A DNA stretch of 64,000 nt from Chrysomallon squamiferum. Its lineage: Eukaryota > Animalia > Mollusca. Positions 1 through 12,930 of this stretch are shown in pieces. The translations under genes and the position numbers were made by a program. How positions within the stretch are numbered: position 1 is the first letter of the stretch; each line of letters opens with the position of its first letter. A model generated the notes under the pieces. The model saw nothing but the letters and a program-made list of their open reading frames with translations. It was not told where the DNA came from and did not search any database. The stretch lies in NCBI GenBank assembly GCA_012295275.1, contig CM022670.1:19530001-19594000 (forward strand), read 5' to 3'.

Positions 1-112
1 CCAAGATATATTTGTTATTTAAATTTAAGAAGCTCACCTTTGAGATGATGAAAAATACTGGAAACTTGTTCTGTGTTGACATTTTTAAACTGTAAATATT
101 CTATTTTTGAAG

Positions 113-410
113 GAGACGACGAATGACAAAACGTGATACTGAAACATTTTTAGACGTGAACACACTAAATAGCCATACATCATCACCGAGATCTAAAAAT
201 GTTAACAGTAAGTAATCAACAGTTCATTATAGATACTTTCTCTTTCGTGTGGTATGTGAGAGTGAGTCCGTGACTCTGCGATCGTTTGTAAAATGCTGTG
301 ACCAACATTTTCTACCTTGTGCCGTATTAACCGTTTTCGAAAGGTTTAAAGCGAACAATTTCGTGAAGACGTTCACACTTTTCACAAGATTACCGTGTGT
401 GTGTGTATGC

Positions 411-441
<31 letters not shown>

Positions 442-3400
442 ACATTATTTGATTAAGACTGAATAAAAATTAAAACACAACAGATAACACCCCACACCCG
501 AAAATAAAACTAATACACTACAATCACTACAAAAAACCACAATACCAACAAATGAAACAAAAACCTGTATACAGTAAAAAAGACAACAAACTTGTATTTA
601 TGTGTTCGTATTGCATATATACATTCATACATACATATTTTAATATATACATATATAAAAACACGTATACACACATTCAAACACCCATTCATTTTTCACA
701 CCCACAACACACACATACTCATACAAAATCTCCAACACCCATACAGACATTCATAATTACATGTACATTCATACATACACATGGATACAAACATATGTAC
801 AAACATACACATACACACACACGTACATGCAAACATATATACACATACATATACATACATACAGGCAAACAGTGAGACTGATTGTTAAATAGAGAAATGT
901 TATTTTGTTTAATAAAGAGGCAGACAACATCTATGAGAATGTTGGTAACCAACAGCAGCATTCATCAAATAGAAGTGAAATTTCCAAACAAGAAAAAGCC
1001 AATGTTAAATCTGCTGGGAAAACTGAGAGTAACACAGCTCAGGAAGAAGTGGATGAAGAAGAAAAGTGTGAAGAGACTGCAGACTCTGTATACTGCAATG
1101 TTACTGAGTTCAGTCTGCCAGATGGTGGTGTACCAGTTTCTGAGCTAAGTCTTATCATGAACAAGATCAGAAACCAGACTGGTGGATTTGCTACAGAATT
1201 CCAGGTTTGTGTTAAAATAGAATGATTAAAAGAATGATTAGCAACATTTTAAAATATTTATTTGTTAGCAGTTATGTCTTGTATGATGAAAATACAAGAG
1301 AGGAAATCTACTGAAAATACTTCATTTATGTTTCACTTATAAATAGCAAGAGTTACATACATATATATATGTAACTGTTGCTACCTTTGTTAAGGTATAA
1401 AAGTCTGTTGGGATGGTCAGATAATCTGTCATGTACCACCACACTTTAGATGCATCATCTGATAAAAGAACTACAGTGTGAAACTGAAAATATTCATTAC
1501 AGCAATTACTTTCTGGTACCACTGTTGGAGAAATTCTTGCATTTCGATTTAAGCTCAGATCATATTGAATAACTAACTCTAATCACATTAATTTTCAATG
1601 CTTATTAAAAAAGATAACTTTTCTACAATTATTGCTATTTTAAGACTGATTAGTAATCTTTATAACATATTCTTATTGATGTCTTATAAAGATGCTGTTA
1701 ATGATCATCTGTTATGTTCTTTTACTGTTTTTTTAATAATTGTTTTTATTATTTTATTAATGTAAACAGAAGTTGCAGAAAGACTTTGTGTTTTCTTACA
1801 ATGAATCACAGATTGCAGAAAACAGATCTAAAAATAGATTTGCATCCTATTATCCATGTAAGTAAAACAAACAAATAAAATTAATCTACTTCTCACATTG
1901 ATATTAATTTCATGAAATAATGCTATATCTAATTAACAAGAAACTAATAAAGGTAATCCATTGTAAATTTATGTTGTGCTGTTTGATATTGGAATAAACC
2001 AAGAGTTTAACAAAAAGTCATAGTTTTACAGATTTAAATGTTCATGTAAATTACTAAATATGTCCATTGACTTCCCTTTTTCAATTTCAAACAATTTCAA
2101 TGTGTTTCTTCACTGAGATAAATTAACAAATAATTGTTCAAAGTTTTCACAAGTTTTATACATTTTATCTGATTTTTCAGTTAATTTTCATACATACATA
2201 CAAAGGAAAATCACTGAAAAATAATTACATTTAATTTGAAAATGTATCAAATTTAAATTGTTCAGAAATGTTTTCTCTCTCTCACACACATATGTTCACA
2301 TACACACATACATAGGCATACACAGAAACACACACACATATGCACACACAATCACAAACAGACACTGTCATATCATTGGCTGTCATATCATTTTGTCAAT
2401 TCACTTTATTTTCAAGATGACCAAAACAGAGTGTGTCTGACATTGTTGCCTGGAGTTCCACATTCTGATTATATCAATGCCAGTTACATTGATGTGAGTT
2501 ACTATATTTTTATTTACGTTTATTTTTAATGTGAAAGCATTAGATAAATAATGTGTATTTCTGAATAATTTCAGTTAATTATAACTGTTTTTAATTGATT
2601 TTTATTTTCAGGCTTTCAATGAAAAAGATTATTTCATTGCTGCTCAAGGTAAATTTTTTGCATCATAACATTTATTTATAATTTACATTTTACACAACAA
2701 ACAATATTTATATTATTATTATTAGTAGTAGTATGATTATTATTTTTATTATTATTATTATTTTAGCAATAATAATAACAACAATAACACCAATGATGAA
2801 ATAATGTTTATGTTAGTGATGACATATTTAAATTAGTTTGAACAAACAGCTTGTTTATGATACAGCACCAAACAAGAAAACACTTCAGGATTTCTGGAGA
2901 ATGATTTGGGAAAAGGAATGTGGACATATCATCATGCTGACCAACCTCATTGAGGCAACCAAGGTACAAAAGTAAATCTATTGATTTTGTTAAACAGTGA
3001 GAATAGTAATAATATACAACCAGTTTCAAGCAGTTCTTCAAGTACTAGTGCTATGTATCTTTGATATCTGTGTAAATTTCCAGGTTAATTTCTAGAAACA
3101 TGTAAATGAAAGTGAATTGTCTTTGTGAACTTTATTTAAATAAAATGCAACAGACCTGTATGAAACATTTATATACGTCAAGAAACATTGTTACAACAAA
3201 CAATAACAGTATAAAATGAAATATAAAAAAGAGTCATACAAAATTCTGACAGTAATGTGTAGTAAATTAAATAAAATTGTTATTAATGGTCAAAGAAAAT
3301 ACAACATGAAATTATATATTAATATTTTTCTTCAATAAAAATATTAATTTAGTTACTTGTTTGTTCCCAGTCTAAGTGTGAACCGTATTGGTCAGACACA

Positions 3401-3872
3401 GATGTGATGACTATCGGAGCTTTGACTGTTACTGTTACTGAGAAAGATGAGAGAAGTGATTTTGTGTTCAGAAAGTTCAGTGTGACACATAAAAAGGTAA
3501 ACATAATTCGTGATACCAAATCATGAGACATTTTTTGACTGAATGTGTGTTCAAAGTGAAGTGAAGGTATAACATAAACATCTTTTCATATTTTTCTTTA
3601 GTCAGGGAAAACTAAAATCTTTCAACAGTTTCATTTTACTGCATGGCCTGATCACGGAATTCCCAACATTCAAGACTTCATTCAGTTTGTGTGGAGAGTC
3701 AGAAAAACAAAACCTATTCTTTCTGGACCTGTACTTGTGCACTGCAGGTATATAACTGTATCAAAAATAAATGCAGAATAAATATATTATTAAATGGAAA
3801 TATCTATTTTATCCACCTGATTAGAAATAAAATATAGTAAAAAGAAAGAAAATAATAAAAAGATAGATAGAT

Positions 3873-3931
<59 letters not shown>

Positions 3932-6900
3932 GAGCAAGTATGGGAATGTGTTTGTCACTGTGGGGTGAGGTGAGTGAGTCTGGAAAACATAAGATTTTAT
4001 CAAAATCATTTTTCTTGTAATGCTTTCCTACACCTCTGTTTTATCCTAATTTCTGTTTTGAAAATACTTTTCAGTGCTGGCGTGGGTCGAACAGGAACCT
4101 ACATAGCTCTGGACGTCCTTGTAGATGAAATGGAAGCTACAGGACGTGTTGATACTAAAAAAGTCATGAAACAAATGAGAGACCAGCGCAAAGGACTTGT
4201 GCAGACTAAGGTGACATACTTAAACCTAATTCTCCTCATTTATAAAATATCATTAATTTTTCTTGTATCTTTTAAACTGTGATGCCAGAATGGTATTATG
4301 ATGGAGTACTGACCTTTACATCTATTTATATACTTGTTTATGTTTTCATTTAACAGAGAAACAAAAAAACGGATTTTTAAACTCACACATATATTAACAT
4401 TGCATACTTTTTGAATATTGTATAATTATATTATATATTACATGTAAAATACATTGGATATATTCATTATGTGCATTGTGGTAAAACTGATTTAAGCCTA
4501 CAACATTTTCTTGGAAATTGCTTTAACTTATTTATAAATGGGACTTTTATTGTTTACAATAGTTTGCTGCACAATATTTAAATTTGTCAATTTATTATCA
4601 TCTGTAAGTACTTATCTAAAAATGTATGAAATAATTTTACTATTTAAATTTATTTGAACATTTTAAAAATAAATAAATGATTCAGCCTTGCTATAGAAAT
4701 TATGTTATATTAACAGGAACAGTATGAAATGATATTCATCGCTCTTCTTAACATGGCTGAATTTGGCAACACTAGTGTGGATGCTCCAGACTTTTTCAAG
4801 AATTACCCAAACCAAAAAGGCTCAATGAAAATGGGAAACAAAACTGTTAACAAATTAGCTCTGGTAAAGTATCTAAAGCATTTGAGAGGTATTCTCATGA
4901 ATAAAATAGTTAAAATTTCAGTTTTTTTACACAATCATTTCATCTTTATGGATTCTGTTTTTGTTTTAATATAAACTACTCTAGTATTTATGATGAAAAA
5001 TAGTTTTGGACAGTATACTAACCAGTATTTGTTTTCTTTGAACTTTTAGGAAATTGTGAAACTAAATGGCACTTCTTACACAGGTTAGTCTCTTTGTTTC
5101 TCTCTACACATACACAGCAAATACATATAAACTGACTAAAATATCATTATTTCTGACAGTTATAAGCAGCTGATATTTTCCTGAAGTTCACATTCAGTAA
5201 TTAATTTCTCTTTACAATTTAATTTCTTGGATTAAAATTTGTTCTTAAATTTTAACATTTTTATAATTTGTAATACCTGATTCAATGAACAAAATGTAAG
5301 CAATTTTATTTCATTGGTATAATTTTTATAAATCATTTTATATAAATGAAAACATTTAACTAAGCCTTATCCCAATGCTGTATCATATGCACACACATAC
5401 AAAGACACACAAACACACATGCATGCATGCAAACGTGTGTGTGTGTGTGTGTGTGTGTTTGTAAATATATATATATATTAATTTCATTTATGTAGCTTCA
5501 CCTGACAAGTACAGAGTCTGGGTTTCAGGATGCAGTGACATCTTTGCTACACTTCCACCAGTATGTTTGTTTTTTCTCCTTGAGTTTCTGTGAAATCTTA
5601 GTGTGTCATTAGTTTTAACAAATTTTAGATTTAACAAATTATACAGTAAAATATAGGTGACTAATTATTAGCGTTTACTATAATTAACATCTTTATATTA
5701 CAGCTTTTGGTTTTATTTGTGAGTAATCAGTTACATATAAATTAATCAACTGTTTTTTATGGAATAAGATAAAGTTAAGAATTTTGTTATACACTGTGCA
5801 TAGTTATTTTAATATCTGGAATTAAGAGTAAAAATTTAATATTTATTTGTAGTCAAAACTGAGGAACCAGGGATACCTGCTGACACCAGAACCTAATGGA
5901 TCAGAAGAAAGTTTTTGGAAACTGGTGACTGAAAATGACTCTTATACAATCATTACACTGAGTTCCAAGGTAAAAATCACAGTACACCTGCACTCTAATT
6001 TACCTTTGTATGCTACACCTATGTGCATGGTATGTGTATGTGTGTTTGTTTTGTATATGTGTATAAAGTATGGATGCTTTTGTTGTGTATCTACAAGTAT
6101 GTGTGTATGTGTGTGTACTTTTATGTGAGTTTATCTGTTATAATTTTACATGATATTAGAATAATAGCTGATGTAATTTTGTTATTTTCATTGAACAGAA
6201 TCTTCTTTTCTTTTTTTTCTTCTTCTTTTTTTTATTTTTCACATTAAACTTGATAGAAATTCTTAGAGAGCTTGTTTGATAAAATTATTTATTTATTCAA
6301 ATAATGCTATTTATAAAAATTTACATGAAATCAAGACTGCGATGAAACTGTTTCCAAAAACAAGTCAGAACATAACATTTGGCAAAACCACAGTCACTGC
6401 TCTTCGACAGACATCAATCATCCACGAAATAACAGAAACAACACTTCAAGTTGAAAATAAGGTAATGAAATAAATCTGTATGTGTGATCTAAATTAAATA
6501 TCATTTTCATATGTTTATACTATAATAAACATATATATAATTTTTTGATGTTCATCTATAGGCATTATTTACGATTATTAATAGATATCTGAATATTCAT
6601 TATTTATATTTATAATGTTTAACTTAGATATATATAATATTTGCAGAATTATTTGTAGGCTTTACATATATTTATAAATGATAATATTCATGTACACATA
6701 TGTGGGCATTATTTGTAATTATAATTATTAATATAGAACTATCCTAGCTTAGATGATTTAAACACTGTATTTGTTTGTATTAATAACAGGGTGATCCAAT
6801 TAAGAGAGAAATACAACATTACACTATTAGTGGATGGTCACCTACCACAGATTCTGCTACACTGATATCTTGTCTGTCAACAATAACAGAACAGATACAC

Positions 6901-7612
6901 AAACAAGAGAGCAAACTGAGATCACATCCTGTGACTATCACTTACAGGTATTAATCCCTTACAAAAAAGCCATGTGCATTTGATATCTAACCTATTGTAT
7001 CACACTTATAAAACCATTCATTAATTGTATCATGTTATGTCCAGTATAAAACAGTAATTGCTCATTTCATAATTTTTAATTACAGAGATTCTGAAGCCAA
7101 AAATGCCATAATTCTGTGCATATCAAATGAAATCATGACAGGAATAAAGGTGGACAAAGAAGTGGAAATATTTAACAACATCAGAAGATTTCAAGCTGTG
7201 CTGCCAAATATCCAGTTTAACAAAGTAATCCTGACACTCAGATATTTAACAACAATGATTTTGTCTCTGAATGTTTTTCAGTGTGCTGTACACCATATGA
7301 GATTTTCTTTTGTTATATAAGCATAATACACCATACTAATGCTGTGTTAATAAATTATATTTTGTACTAATAATATTCCTGGTTCTAAATAGCACTATTT
7401 TGACATTTCATAATTATACTGATATTTGTGAAAACACTTTTAAGTACTTTTGAAATAATTATTTGCAAAGACATAAGTATAATTTTTTTTCAATATTTTA
7501 TTCATAAATATAATATAGATTTTTTCTTCATATATTTCAGGAGGACTTTACATTTTTCTGCAACATGGTTCTTTTCAACCTTGAATCATCTTCAGTATAT
7601 GCCAACTGTTGA
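113..7612 (+). CDS. Gene A: receptor-type protein tyrosine phosphatase, 3' half only (juxtamembrane, PTP D1, pseudophosphatase D2); the 5' part lies left of the window
   Basis: 17 AG/GT-bounded exons join in one frame: 113-207, 918-1204, 1770-1857 (KNRF), 2417-2493 (DYINAS), 2612-2648 (IAAQ), 2866-2963 ([14 protein letters not shown]), 3371-3496 (KCEPYW), 3602-3747 (WPDHG..VHCS), 4075-4210 (AGVGRTG..VQT), 4717-4863 (EQY), 5050-5083, 5496-5560, 5853-5969, 6336-6461, 6790-6947, 7086-7224, 7541-7612 (SSVYANC*). Classical PTP motifs are recognisable in D1. Confidence 0.93.
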
Positions 7613-8063
7613 CTGACTTTCACAACCATTCTGAAAACATTATACAAGTTGTTTGCATTACGCAATATTAAAAACAATGCATATTATTATCAAACTATTA
7701 ACCAGTTTTGAATTTTTTTGTGTATATATAAATAGTTTTAGATCTTCTCATATTTAATATATATATATACTATTAGTATAATAAAAATGTCTAGAGTATG
7801 GGTATATCTATTTTATTCTAGAAATGACTTAATGTGATGTTGACTGACTTTCACAACCATTCTGAAAACATTATACAAGTTGTTTGCATTACACAATATT
7901 AAAAACAATGCATATTATTATCAAACTATTAACCAGTTTTGAATTGTTTTAGGTATATATAAATAGCTTTAGAACTTTGCATATTTAATATATACTATTA
8001 GTATAATAAAAATGTCTAGGGTATGGGTATATCTATTTTATTCTAGAAATGACTTAATGTGAT
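7607..8063 (+). repeat. About 231-bp tandem duplication at the start of the gene A 3' UTR
   Basis: tgttgactgactttcacaaccattctg...gacttaatgtgat occurs at 7607 and 7838; gene B has a single copy (33321-33548). Confidence 0.9.
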
Positions 8064-11000
8064 AATACAACTAATGGAAATCCCTGTGACAAATGTGTTA
8101 AACCAGTGAATTAATCATTTATTCCATCAGGAAAGACATCTGTTGTGAACCTTCAATAAAATGTCAAATTACAGAAATTTTAAATTTATTTTATGTTCTA
8201 CTCAGAAGCTTTGATGATTTTTAAGAAATGAAATTAAGAACAAATGATTAGGAGTAGATCAGATCTTCAAATAACCATCTGTTGATTCTGAACTGTTGCC
8301 TCAGTCCATGCAACTGTAACTGATACTAATAATGTTTTATTAAATTTTGTAATTGTTAGACTATGATACTTCCTCCTAGTCTGTTATGAGAAACACAGTA
8401 AACATGACACTGGTATAGATTATATTTTGTAAATAACAGACCAGTTAGTTACAGATAATAAAAAAATATTTAAAAACATTACTAATACAGTAATATATAA
8501 ATATATTTGTTAGTCTATATTTTATATAATTAATTTCTTGTTACTAATTAAATAATATTATAAAATTTGGTTGAGACTGTTTTCATTTTTAGATATATGT
8601 TCTAATGCATTGGATACACTTAGCCATACCAGAGATAAATACATGCTAATGCACTCATGCATATATGTACACATATATAACAGATACAACACACACACAC
8701 ACATATACTATGTGATATCTCAGGTAGCTATTAGCATTACTGAAATGTGGGTACTAGTAATATTAAAGGTGGGAAATATCACATAGATATTAAAAATATA
8801 TAAGGTAGTTATTAATGATTTCAAAGGCAGGCATTAGTGATATCTCAGGTTGATGTTATAGAAATTATGTTTAGGTATAGCTATACACCAGAAGCATGTA
8901 AGCGTAACTTAAAATTAAAATAAAGTATTTTTACATTTAGCCATTCAATATTTGTAAATGAAAAAAAAAGAAAAAAATATTCTTAAATTTAATGAATACA
9001 TTCTGCTAATTCATATTTATTTATTTATTAATATATTAATGTATTTGTTGCTACTGTTTTAAATATAATTATTTAAAGTTTGAAATATTCAACTGAATAT
9101 ATATATATATATATCTCAGAACATATTAAATCTAAGTCAGTAATCTTAATTTTAAAAGATATAAATGTGAAGTATTTAATTAGTTAAAAACATATGCAAA
9201 CAGAAAAAGTTTGTGGAATAATAGGTGTACTAAAAAAATAATACTTTAAAAAAATTGCTAATCCCACTGACAAATTACACTAAAATTATTATATATGATC
9301 GACCAATTGTTCCAAATTTGGTTCACTTTGTCTGACTCTCGCATATTTATATGCATACACATACACATACATATGAATATACATATAACAATAAACATAT
9401 ATACATACATACATATGTACTCACAAATACATATACATACGTACACACATATACACATATACACTCAAATACACATACACATACGGTCACATACATGTAT
9501 GTCCAAAGGGAGACAAATCTAACGATACTAGTTGAAAGTACATTCATAAAGTTACGAATTCCTGAATTCCAGTGCTTTTTCATTTATATGAACAGTAAGC
9601 ATGCTCTTTAGTCATTGCTGAAAATTCCCTAAAGCTTGCTGTGATTCTCGGTGATAATCACTGAACGTAACTTGCTTTGTGTTTAATAAAACAGCATTCC
9701 AAGAAAGCTTCACTATTCTCTTTATTGTTTATAAAATTCGTCACTGGTTATGTAAGGTTAGTAAGCTGTCTATCTCATCTTTTTATATACTCACAGACTT
9801 GCGTATATACTTACATATATATACACATATGTATGATAGATATGCATGCTCACACCCAGACACACACAAACACACATACATATACATACATATACCTCCA
9901 TAGATATACACACAAGTATACATACGCACACATACATGCATACATACACACACACACATACATATATACAAATCAAGAAATTGTTATTGTGTTTTGAGAT
10001 TCATAAAAAAATTGCAAAAAGAGAATATTTTTATGACAAACTTTACAGTATACTGTGATATTAAGAAAACCGCAAAAAACTTCCCTGTTGATAAGAAAAC
10101 CTGTTGAACTGGGTTTTTTTTGTTGGTTTTTTGTTTGTAAGGTGTTTCTTTATTACTCTCTTTAATTATCTGAACACACACACACACAAACATGTACACA
10201 AACTCAAAAAACACATATATACATATATAATACATACATGCATACGGAGATTAAAACAAAAATAAGAAAAAAGAAAAAGAAATCAAAGAACACCTCATAA
10301 ATATAGTAAGTAATACAATATTTTGTTAAAATTTACACTGGGAGAAAGCGAGAGAGAGACACAAAGAGACAGAAAGAGAGTGTAAATATATACCTTGGTT
10401 AATGTAAACATACAAAAAATATCTTCTCAGGCAAATAAAGAATTAAGGTAACATCACCATTTCTTTATTTATTTAAATAGACGGATATTTATCTGTCATT
10501 TACAGATATGCTTTTGCATCGTTTGTATTTTATATATCTTTAATTTGATGTAATAAAAAATATATTCCTGCCAAGTCAAAAGAAATAAGTCTGTGTGCTT
10601 ATTGTTAAACAGATGTATGCAAAATAAACAGCCAATATGTACAAACACTTTGTCTATATTCAATACAATGTTTGGATTTTGAGTTAAAATATATATATTT
10701 TTATATCTTTGTTTGCATTTTGTCAACATATATATATATATATATATATTTGATGTTTAATTATTATTGTATTTCCTTGAATTGTATTTCCTAGTAGTTA
10801 CCTATACTGAAAAATATATCCCTGAATGGGGGATAATTAAGAGATGACAAGATTGCAATACATTTTTTACCATTTATAATGTTTAGAATACAATACAATA
10901 TGTAATTTGGTGAAGTAATTAAAAAAAAAAAAAAAAAGATTAACTATCATCATGTTATGCATGCCTTTGATATGAAGATTACAGACTGAATACATATAAA

Positions 11001-11223
11001 ATACATTAAACCAATTATCTAAACACATCGTATTACTTCATATGAATATGTGTGTTGTTTTTGTCTACATAACATTATGTTTCAAAATATCATGGATCTC
11101 ATTTTTATAATATGATAATCCTACAGATAATAGTAAATGAAACGGTATGTTTTTTCAGTTTTTATTTCTGTACTGTTTAAATTTTATTTTAGAAATATAG
11201 AAAGAGAATGTTTCTTTTGATAG

Positions 11224-11853
11224 AAAATGTCAGTTTGTATCTTTCTTCAGTTTGAGAGTGGTGGAAAAAGAATAAAAATGGCTGTAGATTGGAACAATAC
11301 TCAGTGTTTGTGGTATTTTTGTGTCTATTCCACATATGTAAAAGACATTTGGAAATGACTGTACAAGAGGTAATAGTACTCTAGAATATATATGTTGAAT
11401 ACTTCTCATAATTATATTGTTTCTTAAAAACACACAAAATTATTTAAAAAAAAAAACACAAAAATACAACACAACAAGTTGAAAAGAAAAACCTTTTGTT
11501 ATTCAGAGCATACAGTTAGTGAAACATGTTTCAACTCATACAATACATGATGTTTCCTCATCTTATAGTGATCTGAAATAAAAATCTTCATGATACATTT
11601 GTACAGGTAACTTTGTCTATGTTTCATTATATGAAATATATACTTCAGACTGAGCATTAACAAATCTATACTGAATATTTGACAACATAAGTGTATTTCA
11701 GTAGGGTAAAATATCACTTTGTTTTTAAATATTCATCAAATTGTAAGTATTTAATTGTAATCGTTGTGTTAATAAAACAGTCTTCTGTATTACTGATGTA
11801 TGTAGAATTATTTGTAATTCATTACTTTCCTCAGATGTGAATGAATGTCTTAA
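11224..11853 (+). pseudogene. Relic of a lectin-EGF RPTP paralog downstream of gene A
   Basis: 11224-11369 starts tag|AA AAT GTC, reads SGG..MAVDWNNTQCLWYFCV (lectin exon 5' half) and is joined to GNDCTR|gtaat (EGF exon 3' end). About 11790-11853 matches the intron and start of the EGF_CA exon at 21804 (ttcctcag|ATGTGAATGAATGTCTTAAG). Confidence 0.7.
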
Positions 11854-12699
11854 GAAGAACATTTTATTTCTGCTTTGCTTTTTCTTCAGAATCACTAGGG
11901 TACGGGGAGAGCATCCGATTCAAAAATGCGTGGTCTTAGATTCGTATACTGAAGTAGCACTATCCTATTTATTAATTAAGATAAATATATTTTATCACTG
12001 ATGCATTCATCCATTTATCTTTTCACTGAATCATGCACATTCTGCTTGATTTTTATTCTGTTTGTTTTGAAATATACTGCTTGGATTCAGAACAGTAGCA
12101 AACACTGGAAACATGGAAATTAAATTTATCATAGAAAAATGTGTTTTTGAAACCATCACTCTTTTAAATAGAGACAAGTAACAAGTGATACCAACAGTTT
12201 TAATACAATTGCTGAAAAAATGTATTTACTTATTAATAAATTAATAATTGTGCCTTGCATACATGTATAAGATTTACAATAAAATGAATGTTTTGCAGTG
12301 TTGAAAAGCATAAATATTCTCAAATTCCAATTTTTTTTCTTTCTCTTTTTGATTGGAAGATCCATAATTCTAAAACTTAAAAAGATTAATTTTCATATTT
12401 TGTAATATCTTCAGTTATTCTCAAATGAATTCCAAAGAGAAACGATCAAAATGGGCATGCCTGAACGTGTTTTTCACATCACCCCGAACATCAGTGTAAC
12501 TCGCTGAGAACCGATGCAATGAATGTGATCACAAAGGTCTAACTAAATCGTAAACTCTGATCATTAGAGAACTATTCAGTGATGTGTGTAAAAAACCTGA
12601 TATTAGTAAACTGCGTTTAAAACCTGTCAGTCATTTATCTGACCTCATGGTGACAGTGTACTTTACTTGATAGGTGTGAATTATATGAAAGCCCCTATA

Positions 12700-12930
12700 T
12701 TTAAACTGCCTCGTGTTCTGCGACGGATACACCCGCTGACCTATCAGAAAGCGCGCCCGTCGTAGACGTGCTTCACAACAGCTTGCTCTGATTAGCACGT
12801 TAACATTTTTCATTCATTCATTCAACTGCCTCGTAGTATTGCGATCTCGAGATTGTTGCGCGTTTTTCCGATCGTAAGAATGTGCGGCGCGATCTTAACT
12901 AGCGCACATTGACAAATCGCGCGGAACAGA
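12700..12930. other. Short CpG-dense island about 1 kb upstream of the gene B ATG (promoter or small TE, undetermined)
   Basis: Many CG and GCGC words in an otherwise very AT-rich background; aactgcctcgt is repeated at 12704 and 12824. Confidence 0.4.

Larger units (their letters stand above)
1..11350 (+). repeat. Segmental tandem duplication, copy 1 (homologous to about 24922-36810; period about 25 kb)
   Basis: Exons, introns, 3' UTR and 3' flank are collinear and align by eye, from ccaagatatatttg / cctagatatatttg through the relic lectin exon. Confidence 0.92.

Noticed and set aside
227-961. ORFs rich in HT, CV and YI dipeptides (also 9258-10058, 34880-35842, 61369-61751)
   Set aside because: They are translations of (CA)n, (TA)n and (AG)n microsatellites, with no coding signal.
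8740-8905. Weak resemblance to the lectin exon start (ggtgggaaat..acata)
   Set aside because: No consistent reading frame or WWEVDLG-like motif could be recovered.
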